Positions 57,516-64,000 of a stretch of DNA of 64,000 nt are shown one piece after another. How positions within the stretch are numbered: the first letter of the stretch is position 1; every line of letters starts with the position of its first letter. Origin of the DNA: an uncultured delta proteobacterium (GTDB lineage: Bacteria > Desulfobacterota > Binatia > Binatales > Binataceae); assembly GCA_963711565.1 (NCBI GenBank), contig CAVQEQ010000001.1, positions 608,001-672,000 of the forward strand, given 5' to 3'. A program made the position numbers and the translations under genes. The notes under the pieces are model-generated. The model was not told where the DNA came from. It saw only the letters and a program-made list of their open reading frames with translations, and did not search any database.

Positions 57516-59288
57516 GTGGCGCTATCTCGGATTAAGAGTCGTCGTTTTATCGAGCGCGAGGTACTGTGGGCCGCTTTGGGCACGCTGGTCTTCACGCTCG
57601 CATTCACCTGGCCGGTGCTGTGGCATCTGCGCGAATTCGGCTCCCGTGACGATTGGGATCTCTTCACCAGCCTGAGCTGGATACCTTACTACACGGTCCG
57701 ACACTTTCATCAATTACCGCTGTGGGATCCGTATCGATGCGGCGGCCTTCCGATGCTGGGAAATCCCCAAGCACGAATTGCCACGCCGTCCTTCCTGCTG
57801 ATCCTCGCGTTCGGTCCGTTCGTTGGGATGCACCTGGAACTCATCGCGCACATCGCGGCCGCCTTCGCGGGGACATACGTACTCGGACGGGTTATGGGCG
57901 TACGACCGTTGGCGGCATCGGTTGCGGGCGCGATGTTCGGCTCGACTTCCTGGTTCTATATGCATGCGGGCGTGGGTCACCAGACGTTTCTGGCGGGCGC
58001 GTACCTGCCATGGATAGCCGCGCTGTTCTGGTTGTCGATAGAGCGCGAAAGCTGGGCGCTGAGCATGCTCACCGGGTTGCTGGTAGCGTCCACCTTTCTG
58101 GACGGCGCCGTATACATCATTTTTTACGCAGCAGTTGTGGTGGTCGCGCTCGCGTGCGGCTGGGCACGCGTCAAAATGAGTATTCGGCCGATCGGTTCGG
58201 CCCTAGTGGTTGGGATATCCAGTCTGGGCTTTGCAGCCGTCAAGCTGATTCCGGCACTCGAAATGATCGCCCGTTATCCGCGTGCCGGCATGGGCGCGGA
58301 ATCCAACCCCCTTTCGCTGCTCCCGACGCTATTGTTTTCCCGCAACCAGCCGTTCTTCCGACTCGATGTCTCTTCGTTCGGTTTCCAGGAGTTCGATGCG
58401 TGGATTTCAATTGCCTTCGCTGCCCTCGCCCTGATCGGCCTGTTCACTTCGCGCCGCCGCTCGATTCCATGGCTGATACTCGCGATTACGTTTATTCTCT
58501 TTTACATGGGCGACTCTGGCCCGTATGCGCCGTGGACGTTGGCCCGCGAGTACCTTCATCTCATGGCGATGCGCCTTCCGGCGAGGTGCCTTATAGGCGT
58601 GATCCTGAGTCTTGCCGTCCTCGCGGCGCTGGGCGCGGAAGCTATTTGTACCCGAATGGGAACATGGGGCACGGTGGCGGTCGTGGGACTGCTGGCGTAC
58701 GGCCTCGCGGATTCCTGGTTGGTCTCGCCGCCACACCTCAAGTACGCCTTCATCCAGACCGAAACCCCTGCTCCCCGGTCGGACACCTTCAAGCAAACGA
58801 ATCAGCTGATGTCCACTTACAATATGGTCTCTTATCTGGAATCGAACATCGGCGTCCTTCGCTGTTATGAGTTCACAGATATTCCCACCAAGGCATTGGC
58901 GTACGACGATCCGAAGTATCGGGGCGAGCAATTTCTCACAGGGCCGGGAACTGTAACGCTCACCCGATGGACGCCCAATGCGCTGAGCTACAGCGTTGAT
59001 ACATCTGCTCCGAACGAGCTGGTTCTCAATCGCAACTACGATGCTTCGTGGCGGCTGGTCGCAGGCAAAGGCGCGGTAGTTTCAGAGAATACACTGCTCG
59101 CAGTCCGGCTGCCCGCTGGGCGCCAGCAGCTCAAGATCGCTTACCGGAGTTTCCGTCCGTTAGTTGGTGCTATGATTACGCTGGTAACCTTTGCAGTGAT
59201 GATTGCGGTATGGCGCCGGGAACGGCGGCTTTGTCGAGCTGCGGAGAAAGCGCCTTGCAGCCCCACGCGTAAACCGACGCGCACCTAG
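57516..59288 (+). CDS. Multi-pass membrane protein, YfhO-like / GT-C glycosyltransferase candidate
   Basis: AGGAG then GTG 57516; DDWD acidic loop, LPLWDPY.CGG.P..GNPQ, YLPW, PAR, NYDASW; many TM helices. Confidence 0.75.
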   Translation: MALSRIKSRRFIEREVLWAALGTLVFTLAFTWPVLWHLREFGSRDDWDLFTSLSWIPYYTVRHFHQLPLWDPYRCGGLPMLGNPQARIATPSFLLILAFGPFVGMHLELIAHIAAAFAGTYVLGRVMGVRPLAASVAGAMFGSTSWFYMHAGVGHQTFLAGAYLPWIAALFWLSIERESWALSMLTGLLVASTFLDGAVYIIFYAAVVVVALACGWARVKMSIRPIGSALVVGISSLGFAAVKLIPALEMIARYPRAGMGAESNPLSLLPTLLFSRNQPFFRLDVSSFGFQEFDAWISIAFAALALIGLFTSRRRSIPWLILAITFILFYMGDSGPYAPWTLAREYLHLMAMRLPARCLIGVILSLAVLAALGAEAICTRMGTWGTVAVVGLLAYGLADSWLVSPPHLKYAFIQTETPAPRSDTFKQTNQLMSTYNMVSYLESNIGVLRCYEFTDIPTKALAYDDPKYRGEQFLTGPGTVTLTRWTPNALSYSVDTSAPNELVLNRNYDASWRLVAGKGAVVSENTLLAVRLPAGRQQLKIAYRSFRPLVGAMITLVTFAVMIAVWRRERRLCRAAEKAPCSPTRKPTRT

Positions 59289-59348
59289 AGGCACCCTTCC
59301 GCTGCGGAAGATACCACTAGTTCCGCTCGCGGCAATCGCCAACCGAAC

Positions 59349-60224
59349 CTACAATTCAGCGTGCTCGAGATCGGGGATGAGCCCAGTCTGTGTTGGGCGC
59401 CATCCCAGCTGTTCCTGCGTTCGCACGCTCGAAGTCGGAGCGTCAACACCTACGAAGAGCGCGAGGAAGCCGAAATGATCGGCCGTCTCCGCGGGCGACT
59501 TGGCGACGACTGGCACGTTCAGGCGCCTGCCTATTACCTCGGCGATTTCTCGAAGCAGCACTCCCTCTTCGGCGACCGCGTGATACCGCGCGTTCGCAGA
59601 TCCCTTCTCAAGGGCCAGGCGGAAGAGATGGGCAGCATCGAGCCGATGCACCGCAGGCCATCGGTTGCGCCCGTCACCTACGTACGCCGAAATTCCCTTC
59701 TCGCGGGCCAGAGCGATCATCATTGTGACTAATCCATGCTTGCTTCGGTCGTGGACCGATGGAGGAAGACGTACCGCAGAGACGCGCACGCCACGCTCTG
59801 CTACCGAGTCTCCTGCCTGTTCTGAAACGCGGGGAAACCCGGGGATGAACGCATCTTCTTCGGTTCCGAGGCGGCCCGGCGCAAGACCCGCAGTTCCGGA
59901 GGTGACGACCAAAGGGCGGCCGGAGCTGGCCAGCGCCGATCCAAGAACCTCGATGGCGCGCCGGTCTATCTCGCAGTTCTCCTGGTATTTCGAAAAATCG
60001 TGGATAAAGGCGCAGTGGATCACGCCATCCGACATGGCCGCTCCACTGCGCAGGCTTTCCACGTCTTCAAGGTCGCCGCGACGCGCCTGCGCACCAGCCT
60101 CGACCAGCGACCTGGCGCCCGCATCTGAGCGGGCAAGACCGATCACCTTATGGCCCGCGTTAATCAGCTCGGGAATAATTGCGGAACCGATAAACCCTGT
60201 GGCGCCAGTGACGAAAACACGCAT
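59349..60224 (-). CDS. NAD(P)-dependent epimerase/dehydratase-type (atypical) SDR
   Basis: [32 protein letters not shown]; AAGGAG RBS. Confidence 0.92.
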   Translation of the reverse strand: MRVFVTGATGFIGSAIIPELINAGHKVIGLARSDAGARSLVEAGAQARRGDLEDVESLRSGAAMSDGVIHCAFIHDFSKYQENCEIDRRAIEVLGSALASSGRPLVVTSGTAGLAPGRLGTEEDAFIPGFPRVSEQAGDSVAERGVRVSAVRLPPSVHDRSKHGLVTMMIALAREKGISAYVGDGRNRWPAVHRLDAAHLFRLALEKGSANARYHAVAEEGVLLREIAEVIGRRLNVPVVAKSPAETADHFGFLALFVGVDAPTSSVRTQEQLGWRPTQTGLIPDLEHAEL

Positions 60225-60491
60225 CACGATTTCTCCTTCAGTTCAATTCATGGCCGTGAACGAATTCACAGCCCCGTCGTTATCATCGTAGGAATTGGAG
60301 GAAGTACAGTCTATGCTGCGGAGTCCGTATTATCTTCGCGATCGTCCGAGGATCATACGTATAGCCGGGGCAGGAGTCCCGATTTTCCTTCGCACACCGC
60401 TGCCAGATCTTGCAAACTTCGATTCGGTTGGAATTCTCGGGCGGACTTCCGGGAGGGACACGAAGTTCCAACCAGGGTAAAATCAATCGAT

Positions 60492-61475
60492 ATGGGGAAG
60501 CTGAAATTCGGGGTTTGGATTCCGAGCTATGCGTCCAATGACTCTGCGCGGCTCGAGCGCGTTCGAACCTCAATCCGGAAGTGCGACGAGTACGGTATCG
60601 ACATCTGGGTCATCGATCATCTGCTTACTTCTCCGGGGCTCTATTCGGTCAGTTGGCTCGAGCCGATCGAGATGCTCTCCTATGCTGCGGCGATCACATC
60701 GCGGGTGAAACTCGCGACCGGAATCCTGCTGCTGCCGGTCAGAAATCCGGTGGTTCTCGCGAAGGAAGTTGCAACCCTGTGCGCGCTCTCAGGCGAGCGG
60801 TTGATGCTCGGGGTCGGCCCGGGATGGAATGCGCAGGAATTTGCCGCCACCGGATCGCGAATCGAGGAGCGCGGCCGCAGATGTGACGAGATGATCGAGT
60901 CGCTGTCGCTACTACTCAGCAGGAGCAATGCGACGTTCACGGGGCGCTATTACAATTTCGAGGATGTCACACTCGATCCGCGACCGTCGCGGATGCCGGA
61001 ATTGTGGGTCGGAGGCGGATCGAAAACTCCGGATTTGCAGGGTCACGATCAACCGAAGTTGGCGAAGACCGTAGCCGATCGAATCGTCAAGGCCGGACAT
61101 TGGCTGTCGCGCGCCGCCGGCTCGCAGGAGATGGTGAAGCGGGATTGGGAACTCCTGCGCGAGCATTCGCGCGCGATGGGGAAAAATCCGGATTCACTCG
61201 TCTTCGGTCACTGCAATTTCATCCACCTCGTCGATACGGCTGACGAGGAAAAAGCGGCGGCGGAATCCAGGGAACCGTTCCTGCGCGTGATGGGCAGTTA
61301 CCGCGAATGGGACCATTTGCGGACGTCGTACTTCATCGGCTCGATCGACCGGATACCCGCCCGAATCGCGGACCTCGTCGAGGCCGGCCTGCAATACCTG
61401 GTGCTCGGACCCGTCAGCGACGATCCTGTCCAAATCGATCTGATCAACAAACGCATCGTCGCCGCATTCTCCTGA
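60492..61475 (+). CDS. LLM-class flavin-dependent oxidoreductase (possibly F420-dependent)
   Basis: WVIDH, AAAITSRVKLATG..RNP..LAK..ATL, LGVG.GW..EF, LWVGG. Confidence 0.9.
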   Translation: MGKLKFGVWIPSYASNDSARLERVRTSIRKCDEYGIDIWVIDHLLTSPGLYSVSWLEPIEMLSYAAAITSRVKLATGILLLPVRNPVVLAKEVATLCALSGERLMLGVGPGWNAQEFAATGSRIEERGRRCDEMIESLSLLLSRSNATFTGRYYNFEDVTLDPRPSRMPELWVGGGSKTPDLQGHDQPKLAKTVADRIVKAGHWLSRAAGSQEMVKRDWELLREHSRAMGKNPDSLVFGHCNFIHLVDTADEEKAAAESREPFLRVMGSYREWDHLRTSYFIGSIDRIPARIADLVEAGLQYLVLGPVSDDPVQIDLINKRIVAAFS

Positions 61476-61603
61476 CGGTTTTGCGCAATGCCATCCTGAC
61501 CTATCCGATAATGTTCGAAGGACTGAGCCAGTTAGCGGCTAACGTTCCGGCGCGATGAGTTCCGAGTGACACTAATCCAATTTCAACGAGAGGTACATTG
61601 ATT

Positions 61604-62356
61604 ATGAAAAAATTAGCCGGCAAGGTGGCAATCGTAACCGGAGCGTCCAAAGGAATTGGAGCTGCTGCGGCCAAGGCGCTCGCGGCTGAAGGAGCAGCGG
61701 TCGCGGTCATCTACTCCTCAGGAAAAGAAGGAGCCGAGCGCCTGGCGTCGCAGATAACCCGCGAAGGCGGCAAGGCGAGCGCGATTCAAGCTGACGTTTC
61801 CAAAGCGGCCGACGTAAAGCGCATGTTCGAGAAGACAAAGGAACTCTTCGGGTCGGTGAATGTGCTGGTGAACAATGCCGGCGTCTTTCAATTCGACCCC
61901 GTCGAAGCGATCACGGAAAAGGAGTTCCATCGCGAGTTCGACATCAACGTGCTCGGGACGATTCTCGCGACGCAGGAAGCGCTGAGATACTTCCCGTCCA
62001 GTGGCGGCAGCATTATCAATATGAGTTCGATCGCCAGCGAGAATCCGGTGCCGAATTCATGTCTCTACGCCGCAACCAAGGGCGCCATTGATACGATTAC
62101 AAAGGCGCTGGCGAAAGAGCTCGGACCCCGGAAGATCCGCGTAAATACCGTTGCGCCGGGACTGGTCGATACGGAAGGTAATCGCAGCAGCGGCTTTGTC
62201 GGCAGTGCGGCTGGAGATGCGGGCGCAGCGGCTACCCCGCTGGCCGCGAGATTCGGCAAGCCGGAGGAAATCGCGCCAGTCGTTGTTTTTCTCGCCTCAG
62301 ACGATGCGGCGTGGCTGACGGGCGAGCGAATCAGCGCTTCCGGCGGCTTACACTAA
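61604..62356 (+). CDS. Classical SDR (FabG/glucose-1-dehydrogenase-like)
   Basis: TGASKGIG, NNAG, YAATK, RVNTVAPG. Confidence 0.93.
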   Translation: MKKLAGKVAIVTGASKGIGAAAAKALAAEGAAVAVIYSSGKEGAERLASQITREGGKASAIQADVSKAADVKRMFEKTKELFGSVNVLVNNAGVFQFDPVEAITEKEFHREFDINVLGTILATQEALRYFPSSGGSIINMSSIASENPVPNSCLYAATKGAIDTITKALAKELGPRKIRVNTVAPGLVDTEGNRSSGFVGSAAGDAGAAATPLAARFGKPEEIAPVVVFLASDDAAWLTGERISASGGLH

Positions 62357-62391
62357 GGCTTCGCCGAGTGGGGATTGTGGTTCGCTGATCA

Positions 62392-64000
62392 TTAGAGCGA
62401 GGTCATGCGCGGGTGGGTACTCGAGGGGGCTGACGCCAGTCCGCTCGCTTGCTGGTCAAACAGTCCGGCATAGACACCACCACGGCGTATCAGGTCCTCA
62501 TGCTTGCCGGTCTCGACGATGCGACCGTCATCCAACACGACGATCAGATCGGCGGTAATCGCGCTGCGCAGACGATGTGAGATCATCAACACCGTGCGGC
62601 CGATCATCAGCCGTTCCATTGCACTGTGAATCTGATTCTCCGATTCCGAGTCCACCGCCGAAGTCGCTTCGTCGAAGATCACAATCTTCGAGTCCTTCAG
62701 GAGCGCTCGCGCAATCGCAAGCCGTTGGCGCTGGCCGCCGGAAATCTTAAAGCCTCTTTCACCGATGATCGTATCGAGTCCCTGCGGCATACTTTCGACA
62801 AAATCCCGCATGCTGGCCATCTCGAGCGCGCGCATCAGCATCTCGTCGGTCGCGTCGGCGCGCGCATAGCGCAGGTTGTCCCGGATACTGGCGCTGAAGA
62901 GCAGCGCATCTTGCGCGACCAACGCGACGTGGTTCCGCAGCGACTTGAGCGTGTAGTGGCGCACGTCCCGGCCATCAATCAGAACGCGGCCGCGCGTGGC
63001 GTCATAGAAACGCGGAACCAGGCTCGCCATCGTCGTCTTGCCGGCGCCGGATTTGCCAACCAGCGCGACCCGGCATCCGCCGGGAATGTGCAGGTTCAGT
63101 CCTTCGAGGGCCGGACCCTTCGACACCCCGTTGCGTGCGCCGTACGCGAACGACACGTCGTCGAACTGAACGGTCCCGTTGCGGATGGCAAAGGGACGAC
63201 TCAGCGGATGGTCGGTTATCTCGGGCTTCAGATCGAGGAACGAGAAAATTCGCTCGAGCGCGGCCATCGAGGCCGACACGACAACGGAGAGCTGCGCGAA
63301 TCGTTCCAACGGCAGGTAAAGAAACCCGAGATACGAAAAGAATGCGACCAGCGTGCCGAGCGTCATGGTGCCGCGAAGGATCATCAACGCGCCCACCCAG
63401 ATCACGACCGAAGGTGCGGCGCGAGTCAGCAGCTGGATCAGCATCTCCTGGCGAGCCGCGAGTCTGACCTTGTCGACCGTGCGGTCCAGCAGCCGTTTGG
63501 TCTGATCGCGGAAGTGCTCGACTTCGAGATCCTCGCGGCAAAATGACTTGATCGTGCTCGCGCTCGCGACTCGCTCGTGAACTTGACCGGTGATTTCCTC
63601 GACCGTCTCCTGCATCCGGTGGCTCACCGATTTGATTCGCGGTGAGAAAAAACGCATGAAGACAACCCACAGCGGCGAAATACAAAGCGCCACGATTGCG
63701 AGGCGCCAGTTCAGCGCCAGCAGCGCGACCACCACCAGCATCAGTGAGATGCCGTCCATCCACACATCGATCAGCACCGAGCTGACGAGCTCGTTGGCTT
63801 GCTGAACGTCGTTGAGCACGCGCGATACGATCGCGCCGCTTGGATTTCGATCGAAGAACGAATGCGGAAGAGTTTGCAGATGCGAAAACAGACGACCTTG
63901 AAGATCGAAAATCAGCTTGTTGCCTGCAATGCCCGCCCAATAATTGCGATAAAAGCTCGCTATCGACTGAAGCGTATAGAGCGCCAGCATCACCGAACTT
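62392..64000 (-). CDS. ABC exporter, fused TMD and ATPase (MsbA/Sav1866-like), 5'-truncated by the window edge
   Basis: Walker A GKSGAGKT, signature ISGGQRQR, Walker B IFDEATS, H-loop SHR. Confidence 0.94.
   Translation of the reverse strand, partial: SSVMLALYTLQSIASFYRNYWAGIAGNKLIFDLQGRLFSHLQTLPHSFFDRNPSGAIVSRVLNDVQQANELVSSVLIDVWMDGISLMLVVVALLALNWRLAIVALCISPLWVVFMRFFSPRIKSVSHRMQETVEEITGQVHERVASASTIKSFCREDLEVEHFRDQTKRLLDRTVDKVRLAARQEMLIQLLTRAAPSVVIWVGALMILRGTMTLGTLVAFFSYLGFLYLPLERFAQLSVVVSASMAALERIFSFLDLKPEITDHPLSRPFAIRNGTVQFDDVSFAYGARNGVSKGPALEGLNLHIPGGCRVALVGKSGAGKTTMASLVPRFYDATRGRVLIDGRDVRHYTLKSLRNHVALVAQDALLFSASIRDNLRYARADATDEMLMRALEMASMRDFVESMPQGLDTIIGERGFKISGGQRQRLAIARALLKDSKIVIFDEATSAVDSESENQIHSAMERLMIGRTVLMISHRLRSAITADLIVVLDDGRIVETGKHEDLIRRGGVYAGLFDQQASGLASAPSSTHPRMTSL

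Noticed and set aside
39096-60491. Upstream extensions of ORFs 39096, 51389..52315, 53103, 54047..55009, 57384 and 60150
   Set aside because: They overlap neighbours or intergenic DNA; family homology or RBS-supported starts begin downstream.
1-64000. CRISPR array, rRNA, tRNA, transposase, integrase or prophage
   Set aside because: I saw no regularly spaced repeats, RNA-gene signatures or mobile-element proteins by eye. The holin-like gene has no phage neighbours.

Overview
GC-rich bacterial chromosomal window of about 58 protein-coding genes, almost all accessory metabolism. I found no rRNA, tRNA, CRISPR array or mobile element. The gene repertoire is reminiscent of soil Candidatus Binatia, but this is inference only. 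In order, the window holds: an RND efflux pair; cysK with a cytoplasmic BisC/DMSO-reductase-family molybdoenzyme; a CoA-transferase, P450 and GST; L-rhamnose catabolism genes (kinase, aldolase-SDR fusion, isomerase); a pqqABCDE operon whose 49-aa pqqA is absent from the ORF track; a multicopper oxidase; a MarR/FAD-monooxygenase pair with a perfect operator; a TonB receptor, AlkB, GST and two phosphoesterases; a rhodanese-K+ channel fusion; a GMC oxidoreductase; a TetR-controlled divergent acyl-CoA catabolic cluster with a Cys-less thiolase-fold protein, DUF35, MaoC and a paired CoA-transferase; an orphan NasB/NirB-like flavoprotein fused to a PNPOx-like domain; a double-ABM membrane protein; an unknown secreted protein; a porin and XDH-family operon with a structured leader; a eukaryote-like PEBP; OmpA; two divergent Crp-family regulators; DUF4396; a YfhO-like membrane protein; SDRs; an LLM oxidoreductase; and an ABC exporter. 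Four genes each carry a single-nucleotide frameshift, most plausibly from assembly error. The best candidates for undescribed biology are the rhodanese-K+ channel fusion, the 42.3-52.3 kb redox/heterocycle neighbourhood with its candidate RNA leader, and the Cys-less thiolase/DUF35/MaoC cluster. All family assignments come from motif recognition by eye; no searches were run.
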